Shown: positions 31,845-41,484 of the stretch, piece by piece
Position numbering within the stretch: the first letter of the stretch is position 1
Layout of the letters: each line of letters begins with the position of its first letter
Source: Candidatus Deferrimicrobiaceae bacterium
GTDB lineage: Bacteria > Desulfobacterota > Deferrimicrobia > Deferrimicrobiales > Deferrimicrobiaceae
Assembly: GCA_963792415.1 (NCBI GenBank)
Contig: CAWBVY010000007.1
Span: forward strand, 32,001-96,000
Direction of reading: 5' to 3'
Length of the DNA: 64,000 nucleotides
Notes under the pieces: model-generated
What the model was told of the DNA's origin: nothing
Seen by the model: only the letters and a program-made list of their open reading frames with translations
Databases searched by the model: none
Translations under genes and position numbers: made by a program

Positions 31845-33122
31845 ATGCTCGACCTGAAATTCGTCCGGGAAAACCTCGCGATCGTTGAAGAGGCGCTGCG
31901 GAGGCGCCGGTCCTCCCTTACCCTCGACGGCTTCGTTGCGCTGGACAAGGCGCGGCGGGAACTGCTCGTGGAGGTGGAGGGGATGCGGGCGGAGCGCAAC
32001 GCCGCGTCCGAGGAGATCGGCCGCCTGCGGCGGGAGAAGAGGGACGTTTCGGATCTCATGGAGCGGATGAAGGCGTTCTCGACACGGCTCAAGGAGGCGG
32101 AAGCGGAACTCCCGGCGATCGAGCGGAAGATGGAGGAGTTTCTCCTCGTCCTCCCGAACGTGCCGGACCCCTCGGTCCCGGACGGCGCCGGGGAAGAGGA
32201 CAACCCCGTCGTGCGGACGTGGGGGAGCCCGCGGACCTTTCCTTTTCCGGTGAGGGATCACGTCGACCTTGGCGCGGCGCTGGACATCCTCGACTTCGAC
32301 CGGGCGGTCAAGATCACCGGGGGCCGCTTCTGCCTGTCGAAGGGGGCGGGGGCGCTCCTGGAGCGGGCCCTCATCAACTTCATGCTCGACATCCATACGC
32401 GGGAGCACGGGTACCTCGAGGTCCTTCCCCCCTTCATGGCGAACAGCGCGTCGTTCTTCGGCACGGGGCAGCTCCCGAAATTCGAGGAGGATCTCTTCCG
32501 GGTCGCGGGGACCGACTACTTCCTCGTCCCCACCGCGGAAGTGCCGGTGACGAACATCGTGCGGGACGAGATCCTCGACGCCGGGACGCTCCCCCTGAAG
32601 ATGACGGCGTACACCCCGTGCTTCCGGGCGGAGGCCGGGTCCTACGGCAAGGACACGCGGGGGATGATCCGGCAGCACCAGTTCAACAAGGTGGAGATGG
32701 TCAGGATCTGCCGCCCGGAGGAGTCCGCGCAGGAGCTGGAGAGGCTCACCGACAACGCCGAGGAGATCCTCCGGCGCCTCGACCTGCCGTATCGCGTGGT
32801 GACGCTGTGCACGGGGGACCTCGGCTTCTCCTCCGCGAAGACGTACGACATCGAGGTGTGGGTTCCTTCCCAGGCCCGCTACCGGGAGATCTCCTCCTGC
32901 AGCACCTTCACCGATTTCCAGGCCCGCCGCGCGAAGATCCGATTCCGGGAAGGGACGTCGGGAAAGACCCGTCTGGTCCACACCCTGAACGGTTCGGGGC
33001 TGGCGGTCGGGCGGACGGTCGTCGCGATCCTGGAGAATTTCCAGCGGGAGGACGGCACCGTGGACGTCCCCGAGGCCCTGCGCCCTTACATGGGCGGACT
33101 GGCGCGGATCACGAAACGCTGA
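31845..33122 (+). CDS. serS: Serine--tRNA ligase
   Basis: [30 protein letters not shown]...[21 protein letters not shown]. Confidence 0.97.
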   Translation: MLDLKFVRENLAIVEEALRRRRSSLTLDGFVALDKARRELLVEVEGMRAERNAASEEIGRLRREKRDVSDLMERMKAFSTRLKEAEAELPAIERKMEEFLLVLPNVPDPSVPDGAGEEDNPVVRTWGSPRTFPFPVRDHVDLGAALDILDFDRAVKITGGRFCLSKGAGALLERALINFMLDIHTREHGYLEVLPPFMANSASFFGTGQLPKFEEDLFRVAGTDYFLVPTAEVPVTNIVRDEILDAGTLPLKMTAYTPCFRAEAGSYGKDTRGMIRQHQFNKVEMVRICRPEESAQELERLTDNAEEILRRLDLPYRVVTLCTGDLGFSSAKTYDIEVWVPSQARYREISSCSTFTDFQARRAKIRFREGTSGKTRLVHTLNGSGLAVGRTVVAILENFQREDGTVDVPEALRPYMGGLARITKR

Positions 33123-33134
33123 TAAAATCCCCCC

Positions 33135-33557
33135 ATGGAAGCTCCCGGGATGCGGCAGATCCACCCGATCTTCGTCGCTTTTCCCGCGGGCCTGTTCCCG
33201 ACGGCCTTCGCGGCGCTCTGCGTGTACACGGCGACCGGCGTGCGGGAGTTCGAGGCGGGAGCGTTCGTCTGCGCGCTCTTCGGGCTGCTGGCCACGCCCC
33301 CGACGGCGGCGACGGGGCTTCTCGACTGGTGGACGCATTACAAGGCGTACATGACGAGCGTCTTCCGGATCAAGATCGCGGGGGCCGTCGTCCTGCTTCT
33401 GCTGGCCGCTCCGGCGGTGCTGCTCCGCGCGTTCCACCCCGACCTTGCGCTCCTGCCGCTGGGGGGGCTCGGTTGGCTGTATTTCGGCCTTCTCGCCGCC
33501 TGCGCCGCCACGTGCGTGGTCCTCGGGTATTATGGAGGGAAGCTCGTTTTCCACTGA
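33135..33557 (+). CDS. DUF2231-family membrane protein
   Basis: HPIFVAFP, TGLLDW, GYYGGKLVF; four hydrophobic helices. Confidence 0.75.
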   Translation: MEAPGMRQIHPIFVAFPAGLFPTAFAALCVYTATGVREFEAGAFVCALFGLLATPPTAATGLLDWWTHYKAYMTSVFRIKIAGAVVLLLLAAPAVLLRAFHPDLALLPLGGLGWLYFGLLAACAATCVVLGYYGGKLVFH

Positions 33558-33608
33558 GTGCGTCGTAAGCGAATACCGGCACCGAAAATCCGCGAGGGGG
33601 GAAACACC

Positions 33609-34127
33609 ATGGGTTCACCGGAAATGGTTGCCATCGTGCACCGCGCCATCGACCGGGAGAGGGACGCGATCAACGTCTACCTCGGGCTGGCGAAGATCGT
33701 CACGGACGTGAAGGCGAAGAACGTCCTCATTCACCTCGCCTCCGACGAGGTCGGCCACATGACGAAGCTCGAGAAGCACCTGATCTCCGTCCTGCGCGGG
33801 AAAGACTGGGTGATCGAGCGGGCGGACCTGGTCGAGGCGATGTCCGAGCAGATCTCCCAGCCCTCGGTGCTCGAGAAGTTCGATGCGAAGAAGCTGGCCA
33901 CCGCCGATACGATCCAGATCCTCGGGGCCGCGATCGACCGGGAAATAGAGGCGAACCGGTTCTACCTCGAGATGGCGGAACGCTCGAAGAAGGATTCGGC
34001 GAGGGAGATGTTCCTCTCCCTGGCGAAGGAAGAGGAGTTGCACGCGATGATCCTGCGGGCCGAGGTGGACTCGATCGGGCAGAACGGGTTCTGGTGCGAC
34101 ATGCAGGAATTCACGATGGAACAGTAG
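33609..34127 (+). CDS. Ferritin-like/rubrerythrin-family diiron protein
   Basis: Two AIDRE...Y...LA.(D/E)ExxH repeats (DEVGH, EEELH). Confidence 0.85.
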   Translation: MGSPEMVAIVHRAIDRERDAINVYLGLAKIVTDVKAKNVLIHLASDEVGHMTKLEKHLISVLRGKDWVIERADLVEAMSEQISQPSVLEKFDAKKLATADTIQILGAAIDREIEANRFYLEMAERSKKDSAREMFLSLAKEEELHAMILRAEVDSIGQNGFWCDMQEFTMEQ

Positions 34128-34140
34128 GAAAGGGGTCGCG

Positions 34141-34617
34141 TTGCTTCGCGAGGTGAAACAGAAGCTCGAGGAAGAGATGCAGCGGATCGAGCACGAGCTG
34201 CGGGTGACCCTTCCCAAGGAGATCCAGACGGCGCTGGGCCAGGGCGACCTCTCCGAGAACGCCGAGTACGAGTCGGCCAAGAACCGGCAGTCGACGATTC
34301 AGGCGCGCTTCGCCCAGATCCAGAAGCGCCTGGCCGACCTTTCCCGCATCGACGTGTCGGGCGTGCCGAAGGACCGCGCGGGGCTCGGGAGCGAGGTCAC
34401 GGTGGAAAACCTCGAGAACGGGGAGGAGATCCTCTACACCCTCGTGATCCCGGAGCTTGCCGACGGGAACAAGTCGTTCGTCTCCATGGCGTCGCCGGTG
34501 GGAAAGGCGCTCATGAATCGCCGCGTGGGCGACGCGGTCACGATCACGATCCCCCGCGGGACGCTGGAGTACGAGGTCCGGCGGATCGTCACCCTGAGCG
34601 GGGACGTTCTCGAATAG
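34141..34617 (+). CDS. greA: Transcription elongation factor GreA family
   Basis: GDLSENAEY acidic tip motif, SPVGKAL...GD. Confidence 0.9.
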   Translation: MLREVKQKLEEEMQRIEHELRVTLPKEIQTALGQGDLSENAEYESAKNRQSTIQARFAQIQKRLADLSRIDVSGVPKDRAGLGSEVTVENLENGEEILYTLVIPELADGNKSFVSMASPVGKALMNRRVGDAVTITIPRGTLEYEVRRIVTLSGDVLE

Positions 34618-34630
34618 GCTTGCGAGGAGG

Positions 34631-35692
34631 TCACGCCAGCGCGGGGAACCGCCGGCGGACCTCCTCCAGCACACTCTTCACTTCCTCCGAGCGGGCGCGC
34701 GGGCAGACCAGCACGGCGTCCCCGCTCCGAACCACCACCACGTCGTCCATCCCCAGCACCGCCGCCACGCCGCGGTCCGTGCGTACGAGAACGGACCGGC
34801 AGTCGGAGAGGATGACGTCGCCGAACGCGACGTTTTCCCCCATCCCCGAGAGGAACTCGTGCAGCGAGCTCCACGTCCCGAGGTCGCTCCACCCGACGTT
34901 CGCCGGGAGGACGAGGGTCCCCGTCTCCTTCTCCAGGATGCCGTAGTCGACCGAGATCGACGGCATCCGCCGGTATGCCCGCGCGAGCCGCTTCGGGAAA
35001 CCGGCGCGGTCTCCCAGGAAGGCGCGGCGGATCTCGCGATCGACGTCGGGGAGGAATTTCGCCAGCCGGTCGGCGAACGCCTCGACGCCGAAAAGGAACA
35101 GTCCGCTGTTCCAGTCGAACCGGCCCGAACGGAGGAACCGCTTCGCCGTCGGAAGGTCCGGTTTCTCGGCGAACCGGGCGACCACGAAGGCGCCCCGGAC
35201 CTTCCCGGGGAACGGTTTTCCTCTCTCGATGTACCCGTATCCCGTGGAGGGTTGGGTCGGCGGAACGCCGAGGGTCACGAACCGCCCCGTCTCCCGCGCC
35301 AGGCGGAGTCCCTTGCGGAGTATGGCCTGGAACGCCCGGACGTGGCCGATGGCGTGGTCGGCCGGAGTCGCCAGGACCACGGCGTCGGGATCCTCCCGGG
35401 CGATGGCCGCCGCCGCGTACGCCATTGCGGGGGCCGTGTTCTTCCCTTCCGGCTCCAGGAGGATGTGCCGTTTCGGGATGCCGAGACCGCGGTGGGAGAG
35501 GTGCGGCGCGTCCTTGACGCCGGCGACGATCCAGACGCGCTCCGGGGCGATGACGGGGAAGAGGCGCAGGAGGGTCTCCCGGATCATCGGTCCCCCGCCG
35601 GTGAGGTCCAGAAACTGCTTCGACCGCTTTGCCCGGCTCTCCGGCCAGAACCGCGTTCCCGAACCTCCCGCCATCACCACCGCGTGCTCCAT
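34631..35692 (-). CDS. manC: Mannose-1-phosphate guanylyltransferase (no C-terminal PMI cupin)
   Basis: MAGGSGTRFWPESR..KQF, EPEGKNTAPA, PADH, FAEKP, WNSG, SVDYGILEK, GWSDLGTW; ATG 35692 has GGAGG. Confidence 0.92.
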   Translation of the reverse strand: MEHAVVMAGGSGTRFWPESRAKRSKQFLDLTGGGPMIRETLLRLFPVIAPERVWIVAGVKDAPHLSHRGLGIPKRHILLEPEGKNTAPAMAYAAAAIAREDPDAVVLATPADHAIGHVRAFQAILRKGLRLARETGRFVTLGVPPTQPSTGYGYIERGKPFPGKVRGAFVVARFAEKPDLPTAKRFLRSGRFDWNSGLFLFGVEAFADRLAKFLPDVDREIRRAFLGDRAGFPKRLARAYRRMPSISVDYGILEKETGTLVLPANVGWSDLGTWSSLHEFLSGMGENVAFGDVILSDCRSVLVRTDRGVAAVLGMDDVVVVRSGDAVLVCPRARSEEVKSVLEEVRRRFPALA

Positions 35693-35734
35693 GTGGGCGC
35701 CCTCCCGGGGAAGCATTTACGATAGAATACCCCG

Positions 35735-36346
35735 GTGCGCAGCAACGTGAAGAAAAGTTTCCTCACCGGGCTCCTGATCCTGATCCCCCTCGTGGTGTCG
35801 GGGACGCTCATCCTCTGGTTCTTCGAGAAGGTCGACGATCTCTTTTCCCCGGTGCTCGACGGGGTCTTCCAGACGTTGATCCCGGGAACGGATCACGTTC
35901 CCGGCACGGGGATCCTGGCCGGGCTCGTCATCATCCTGCTGATTGGAACGCTGGCCCGGAACGTGGCGGGGAAGCAGCTCCTCGACGCCCTCGACCGGCT
36001 GATCCAGCGGATTCCCGGCTACCGGACGGTGTACACCACGATCAAGCAGCTCACGAACGCCTTCTCCCCCGAGAATACGCAATCGTTCAAGGAGGTCCTC
36101 CTGGTGGAGTTCCCGAAGGAGGGGTCGTACGCCCTCGGGTTCCGGACGATGACGGTGGAGGAGGGGGAACGCCGGCTGGTCGTCGTGTACATCCCGACGA
36201 ACCATCTCTACCTGGGCGAAGTGCTCTTCATCCCCGAGGAGAAGGTGGTCCGGCTCGAGATGTCGATCGAGCAGGCGATCCGCCTGCTCGTATCGGGGGG
36301 GATCGCGGCGCCGCGGGAACTGCGGAGAGTGCGGGGCGGGGCTTGA
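35735..36346 (+). CDS. DUF502 (COV1-like) membrane protein
   Basis: FLTGLLILIPL, RIPG...Y..IKQL, VEFP..G.YALGF, MSIEQAIRLLVSGG. Confidence 0.82.
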   Translation: MRSNVKKSFLTGLLILIPLVVSGTLILWFFEKVDDLFSPVLDGVFQTLIPGTDHVPGTGILAGLVIILLIGTLARNVAGKQLLDALDRLIQRIPGYRTVYTTIKQLTNAFSPENTQSFKEVLLVEFPKEGSYALGFRTMTVEEGERRLVVVYIPTNHLYLGEVLFIPEEKVVRLEMSIEQAIRLLVSGGIAAPRELRRVRGGA

Positions 36347-36372
36347 CAAGGGGATCGACGGCCCCGTATGCT
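36343..36372 (+). promoter_or_regulatory. sigma70 promoter of the leu leader
   Basis: TTGACA 36343-36348, 18 nt, TATGCT 36367-36372. Confidence 0.65.
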
Positions 36373-36381
36373 GAACCCATC

Positions 36382-36468
36382 ATGAGGAGCGCGATCGGAA
36401 ATCGTCGGGAAGCCGGGTTGCTTGGGCTCGCTCTACTTCGCCCCCGGAGGGGCCGGACCGGAGCCTGA
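36382..36468 (+). CDS. Leucine attenuator leader peptide MRSAIGNRREAGLLGLALLRPRRGRTGA
   Basis: Five Leu in seven codons (TTG CTT GGG CTC GCT CTA CTT), mostly rare codons, between promoter and terminators upstream of leuA. Confidence 0.8.
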   Translation: MRSAIGNRREAGLLGLALLRPRRGRTGA

Positions 36469-36499
36469 GCGCGTAGCGCAGCATTTACGTCGATTCGGG

Positions 36500-36529
36500 C
36501 CGCGGGGCCGGCAGGTTCCCGCGGTTTTT
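36500..36529 (+). terminator. Intrinsic terminator-like hairpin 1 in leuA leader
   Basis: CCGCGGG (36500-36506) / CCCGCGG (36518-36524) followed by TTTTT. Confidence 0.65.
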
Positions 36530-36536
36530 GATTTCC

Positions 36537-36573
36537 AGCCCCCGGGGACCAGGCCACCGGGGGCTTTTCATTT
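36537..36573 (+). terminator. Intrinsic terminator-like hairpin 2 in leuA leader
   Basis: AGCCCCCGG (36537-36545) / CCGGGGGCT (36557-36565) followed by TTTCATTT. Confidence 0.7.
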
Positions 36574-36619
36574 CGGGGGGAAGACCCAACCACAAATCAC
36601 AAGGGCGAAGGAGGATACG

Positions 36620-38200
36620 ATGGCGGACAAGGTTTTCATCTTCGACACGACGTTGCGGGACGGGGAGCAGGTGCCGGGGGCGAAGCTCGCCCGAGACCAG
36701 AAGGTCGAGATCGCGCGGCAGCTGGCGGTGCTGAACGTGGACATCATCGAGGCGGGGTTCCCGGCCTCCTCCCCCGGCGACTTCGAGTCGGTCCAGGCGG
36801 TGGCGAAAAGCGTCAAGGGGCCGGTCATCACCGGCCTCGCGCGGGCGGTGAAAAAGGACATCGACACGCTGTGGGACGCGGTGAAGGTGGCGAAGCGCCC
36901 GCGGATCCACACGTTCCTCGGCACCTCGGACATCCACATCCAGAAGAAGTTCCGCGCCGACCGGGAGAAGATCCTGCAGTGGTGCGTGGACACGGTGAAG
37001 TACGCCCGCTCCCTCTGCCGGGACGTCGAGTTCTCCACGGAGGACGCCTCGAGGACCGACTTCGAGTACCTCTGCCGGACCGTCGATGCGGTCGTGAAAG
37101 CGGGCGCGACGACGATCAACATCCCCGACACCGTCGGGTACGCCACGCCGATGGAGATGGCGGACCGGGTGCGACGCCTCAAGGAGAAGGTCCCGGGACT
37201 GGACCACGCGATCCTCTCGATGCATTGCCACGACGACCTCGGGATGGCCACGGCCAATACGCTCGCGGGGATCCTCGCGGGCGCGCGTCAGGCCGAGGTG
37301 ACGGTGAACGGCATCGGCGAGCGCGCGGGGAACGCGTCGCTCGAGGAGGTGGTGCTGGCCCTCAAGACGCGCAAGGACATCTTCGGGGGCCTGACCACCG
37401 GCGTGAACACGAAGGAGATCGCGAAGACGAGCCGGATGGTGTCCAAGCTGATGGGGCTGCCGATCCAGCGGAACAAGGCCATCGTCGGGACGAACGCATT
37501 CGCCCACTCCTCCGGCATCCACCAGGACGGGATCATCAAGGACCGCTCCACGTACGAGATCATCCGGCCGGAGGACGTGGGAGTGACGGCCCACACGTTC
37601 GCGCTCACCGCCCGCTCCGGCCGCGCGGCGCTCAAGCACCACATCTCCGGGATGGGGCACCGCCTTACCGACGCCCAGCTGGCGGAGATCTACGAGATGT
37701 TCCTCGTCCTGGCCGACAAGAAGAAGGAGGTCATGGTCGAGGACCTCGAGATCCTGGTGCAGGATACGCTGTTCAAGGTCCCGGAGACGTACAAGCTGGT
37801 CAACCTGCAGATCCTGTCGGGGACGAGCGCGACGCCGATGGCGGCGTTGAAGGTACAGCGGGGGAACGAGGTGATCGAGGAGGCGGCGACGGGGAACGGG
37901 CCGATCGAGGCGGCGTACAAGTGCATCGAACGGATCGTCGGGGCGAATTTCAAGCTGATCGATTTCGGCCTGAACGCGGTCACGTCGGGGAAGGACGCGA
38001 TCGGGGAGGCGCGGGTGCGGATCCGCTCCAACGGGACGATCTTCTCCGGCGGCGCGAGCTCGACCGACATCATCGAGGCGTCGATCAAGGCGTACCTCTC
38101 CGCGATCAACCGGTGGGTGGCCGCGGAGGCGAGGACGAAGGCCGGGAAAAAGGGCGCCTCGAAGAAGGCGCCCCCGCCGGCGCCCATCGAAGCACCTTAA
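36620..38200 (+). CDS. leuA: 2-isopropylmalate synthase
   Basis: FDTTLRDGEQ, EAGFP, PDTVG, HCHDDLG, NGIGERAGN, HSSGIHQDG, regulatory GNGP; SD AAGGAGG. Confidence 0.95.
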   Translation: MADKVFIFDTTLRDGEQVPGAKLARDQKVEIARQLAVLNVDIIEAGFPASSPGDFESVQAVAKSVKGPVITGLARAVKKDIDTLWDAVKVAKRPRIHTFLGTSDIHIQKKFRADREKILQWCVDTVKYARSLCRDVEFSTEDASRTDFEYLCRTVDAVVKAGATTINIPDTVGYATPMEMADRVRRLKEKVPGLDHAILSMHCHDDLGMATANTLAGILAGARQAEVTVNGIGERAGNASLEEVVLALKTRKDIFGGLTTGVNTKEIAKTSRMVSKLMGLPIQRNKAIVGTNAFAHSSGIHQDGIIKDRSTYEIIRPEDVGVTAHTFALTARSGRAALKHHISGMGHRLTDAQLAEIYEMFLVLADKKKEVMVEDLEILVQDTLFKVPETYKLVNLQILSGTSATPMAALKVQRGNEVIEEAATGNGPIEAAYKCIERIVGANFKLIDFGLNAVTSGKDAIGEARVRIRSNGTIFSGGASSTDIIEASIKAYLSAINRWVAAEARTKAGKKGASKKAPPPAPIEAP

Positions 38201-38259
38201 GCTGGCCGATCCGGGGGACATTCCTGCCAGGAGGGAAGGAGTGTCCTCCGCCGGCTAGC
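38201..38259. terminator. Long hairpin between convergent leuA and cupin genes (bidirectional terminator or REP-like)
   Basis: CGGGGGACATTCCT (38212-38225) pairs with AGGAGTGTCCTCCG (38237-38250), extended by GCTGGCCG/CGGCTAGC. Confidence 0.55.
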
Positions 38260-38581
38260 GGTACTCCTCCCGGGGGGGCGAGAAGACGTCCAACGCGACC
38301 GCTCCCCCGGGACCCCCCTTCGCCGCGTGGGGCACCCCCCCCGGGACGAAGTACATCTCGTTCCCGGAGAAAACGCGTGTTTCTCCCGCGATCGTGAACT
38401 CCATCGTCCCCGACATCATCGCTCCCATCTGCTCGTGCGGATGGGAGTGCGTCGGAACGACCGCGCCCGGCGCGAGGGTGACGAGGGAGAGCATCATCTT
38501 CTCCCCCGGGGCGACCTTCGCCGTCACCCCCGGCGCGAGCGGTTTGGGCGGGATCTCCTCCGGTTTCCAGAAACGGTGCAT
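38255..38581 (-). CDS. Cupin-domain protein
   Basis: PTHSHPHEQ...G...F and YFVPGGVPH cupin motifs, DVFSPPREEY. Confidence 0.88.
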   Translation of the reverse strand: MHRFWKPEEIPPKPLAPGVTAKVAPGEKMMLSLVTLAPGAVVPTHSHPHEQMGAMMSGTMEFTIAGETRVFSGNEMYFVPGGVPHAAKGGPGGAVALDVFSPPREEYR

Positions 38582-38607
38582 GTGACCTCCTTTCGATCCG
38601 CTGTGCG

Positions 38608-39888
38608 TCACACCCCGGGGTCGGGAAGAACGTACCCCGCGTCGGGGATGACGAGCGGAACCGGCAGTTCGCCGAGAAACCGTTTCGCGGCGCGGATCGC
38701 TTCCGGCAGGGCGGGAGCCGGCGTCATCCCCATGGCCTCCACGTCTTCCGGCGGCAGGGAGGAAACGAGGATCACGCGGCACGCGCGGGTCTTGGTGAGG
38801 ACGGCGTGCGCGGTCTGCCCGTAGATCTGGTAGTTCACGCGCAGTTCCCGCTCCAGCGCGTCGGGGGCCTTGTGCCGGAACCAGGGGAAGAAGTGCGGGC
38901 TTCCGAAGCCGTCCGGGCACTCGGCGAGCAGGATCAGCACTCCGCCGGGCTGCGTCGCGAGGAACGCGTTGTCGAGCGCCTTGTGGGACTGGATCAGGTT
39001 GATGTCCTTCGGGAAACCTCCCGCGGAGGCGATCACCAGGGGGTACCGCTTCGCGATCCGCACCCGGAAATGCTTCGCGTACAGCGCGCACCCCTCCTCG
39101 TGGGCCTTCTGCCAGTGCCCGGCCACCAGGTCGAAGATCCGCTTTCCCGGGGTGAGCAGCGTGTTCACCAGGAAGGTCGGGGAGGCCATCGATACGGCTT
39201 CGACGATGTCCTCGTGGACCGGGTTCCCCGCAAGGACCCCCGCGCGTGCCATCGGGTGCTTCCCGGGGCCGTCGGTCAGGAAGATGCGGAAGTGCGTCCG
39301 GTGGGCCGTCTCCCGCCCCGCGCACCCCGGCACCAGCGCCTTCCGGCCGCCGCCGAACCCCGCGAAGTAGTGGAACGAGATCGTCCCCGTCAGGACGATC
39401 CGGTCGTGCTCCATCACCCGCCGGGAGACGAGAACGTTCGTGCCGCGCGAGGTCGTCCCGAGCGTCACGAGGTCCCCGTCCGGGTCGGACTGCTCCACGC
39501 GGATCCCCGAGTCGATCTCCGGACCGACCGCCTGCCGCACTTCGGCTTCCGTCATGGCGCGGTGGGTCCCCCGGGCGACGAAGAGGGTCACGCGGTCCCG
39601 CGGGATGCCCGCCGCGTCGGTTTCGCGCAGGAGGAACGGAAGAATGGTTTCGGTTGCGCTGTAGCGGGTGATGTCCGAAATGGCGATCGCGACGCGGTCT
39701 CCCCGGCGGACCAGCCGGGAGAGCAGGAGGGAGCCGGACGGTCGGGCGATCCGAAGCCCGATGTGCCCGTCTTCCGACGGGGGAAGCTGCGGGGACTTCG
39801 CGGCGAGGAGGTCCGTCCGGGGGAAGAATCCTGCCGGAAGCGGCAGGGACCCTCGTCCGTACTGGAGGACGATGCGTGGTTGCTTCAT
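38608..39888 (-). CDS. larA: Nickel-pincer-dependent racemase/epimerase, LarA family
   Basis: SDITR, GTHR, FHYFAGFGGGRKALVPG, GNPVHED, GGFPKDINLIQSHK, AECPDGFG. Confidence 0.9.
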   Translation of the reverse strand: MKQPRIVLQYGRGSLPLPAGFFPRTDLLAAKSPQLPPSEDGHIGLRIARPSGSLLLSRLVRRGDRVAIAISDITRYSATETILPFLLRETDAAGIPRDRVTLFVARGTHRAMTEAEVRQAVGPEIDSGIRVEQSDPDGDLVTLGTTSRGTNVLVSRRVMEHDRIVLTGTISFHYFAGFGGGRKALVPGCAGRETAHRTHFRIFLTDGPGKHPMARAGVLAGNPVHEDIVEAVSMASPTFLVNTLLTPGKRIFDLVAGHWQKAHEEGCALYAKHFRVRIAKRYPLVIASAGGFPKDINLIQSHKALDNAFLATQPGGVLILLAECPDGFGSPHFFPWFRHKAPDALERELRVNYQIYGQTAHAVLTKTRACRVILVSSLPPEDVEAMGMTPAPALPEAIRAAKRFLGELPVPLVIPDAGYVLPDPGV

Positions 39889-39901
39889 GATCGAAGTGCG
39901 C

Positions 39902-40660
39902 TCATCGGCGCGCTCCTTCCCTGCCGGGACGCCCCTGGAGAGTCAGGGGAAGTTCCAGGTTGTTCTCTGCGAGCAGCGTCGCGTCGGAGAGGATTTCGGG
40001 TGCGGGGCCGTCGGCGACGATCGTGCCGTCCCGGATCACGAGGCATCGGGCGCAGACGTCCAGGATGAGGTCGAGGTCGTGCGAGGCGACGATCTTCGAG
40101 TGCGCGAAGGAGTTGAGCAGACCGATGACGGAGCGCCGGGATTTCGGGTCGAGGCTCGCGGCCGGTTCGTCCATGACGAGGATGTCGGGGTTCATCGCGA
40201 TGACCGTGGCGATCGCCACGGCGCTTTTCTGCCCCCCCGAAAGGTGGTGGGGCGGCTTGTCCTCGAGCGCGAGGGCGTTCACCGTGCGAAGCGCCTCGTG
40301 CACCCGCTCCCGGACCCGGTCGGGCGGCAGCCCGAGGTTCAGCGGGCCGAAGGCGACGTCATCGAAGACGGTCGGCATGAAGAGCTGGTCGTCGGGGTTC
40401 TGGAAGACGACGCCGACCTTCCCGCGGATTTCGGACCGGGTCTCCTTTCGAAGGGGGACCTCCCCGATGTTCACGGTGCCCGACGTCGGAAGGAGGTAGC
40501 CGTTCATGTGGAGGAGCAACGTCGACTTCCCCGCGCCGTTCGCGCCGACGATGCCGACCGACTCGCCATGGGTGATCAGGAACGATACCCCTTTCAGCGC
40601 CTCCGTGCCGTCCGGATACCGGAAACGGACGTCGCGGAACTCGAGGAGGTGATGGCTCAT
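39902..40660 (-). CDS. cbiO: ECF transporter ATPase CbiO/NikO
   Basis: GANGAGKST, VFQNPDDQLF.PTV.DDVAFGP.N, HHLSGGQK, MDEP. Confidence 0.9.
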   Translation of the reverse strand: MSHHLLEFRDVRFRYPDGTEALKGVSFLITHGESVGIVGANGAGKSTLLLHMNGYLLPTSGTVNIGEVPLRKETRSEIRGKVGVVFQNPDDQLFMPTVFDDVAFGPLNLGLPPDRVRERVHEALRTVNALALEDKPPHHLSGGQKSAVAIATVIAMNPDILVMDEPAASLDPKSRRSVIGLLNSFAHSKIVASHDLDLILDVCARCLVIRDGTIVADGPAPEILSDATLLAENNLELPLTLQGRPGREGARR

Positions 40661-41466
40661 CCGGTCCCTCCCCGGATCAGATGTCCGATCAGCAGCGGCA
40701 CGGGCACGAACCGGCACAGGGAGAAGAAGCAGCCCGCCACCAGCACGAAGAAGGCGTCGGAAGGCCGGAACGCCTCGTGCCGCATCGAAGGGGCATCTCC
40801 CCGGAATCCCCGCGCAAGCATCGCCCCGTAGATCCGCTCCGCCCGCTCCACCGTGCGCATAAAGAGAGTGCCCACGATGCGGACGAAGACCCGCATGCCG
40901 GCGCCCCGCTTCCCGAAGGAGCGCATGTCCCGCGCGCGGACGACGCGCATCGCCTCCTCCATGAGGACGAAGAGGTACCGGTACAGGAAGAGGAGCTGGG
41001 AAACGAAGAGCGCCGGGAACCCCAGACGGCGCAAACCGCGGCAGATGCCGGGGAAGGAGGTCGTCGCGATCAGCAGGAGGGCCGCGCTGATCGTCAGCGC
41101 GAACTTCACCAGGATCGACGCGAAGGAGACCCAGCCGGCGGAGATCGCGACGCCGGGAGCGACCGCGACCGTCAAGGGGTCGAAGAGGGGGTTGAAGATC
41201 CCGACGAACACCGCGAAGGGGGAGACGGCGACGACTTTTTTCGCGATGAATCCGGCCGGGATTTCGCCGAGGGCCGCCATCAGGATCGGGAACAGGAAGA
41301 ACGGGAAGAGGGAGAGGACCTCGTACCGCGGGAAGGAGACGACCGCGACCGCGAACAGGAACGTGGCGATCACCTTGGCGCGCGGGTCCAGCCGGTGCAC
41401 GACCGTGTCCCGGTAGGAGAGGAGGTCCAGCCGGCCGAGGCCGGAATATGCGGTTTCGAGGCTCAC
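40657..41466 (-). CDS. cbiQ: ECF transporter T component CbiQ/NikQ
   Basis: VHRLDPRAK, LFLYRYLFVL..EA, ERAERIYGAMLARGF. Confidence 0.9.
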   Translation of the reverse strand: MSLETAYSGLGRLDLLSYRDTVVHRLDPRAKVIATFLFAVAVVSFPRYEVLSLFPFFLFPILMAALGEIPAGFIAKKVVAVSPFAVFVGIFNPLFDPLTVAVAPGVAISAGWVSFASILVKFALTISAALLLIATTSFPGICRGLRRLGFPALFVSQLLFLYRYLFVLMEEAMRVVRARDMRSFGKRGAGMRVFVRIVGTLFMRTVERAERIYGAMLARGFRGDAPSMRHEAFRPSDAFFVLVAGCFFSLCRFVPVPLLIGHLIRGGTG

Positions 41467-41484
41467 GGGGAACCGGCCCGATCG

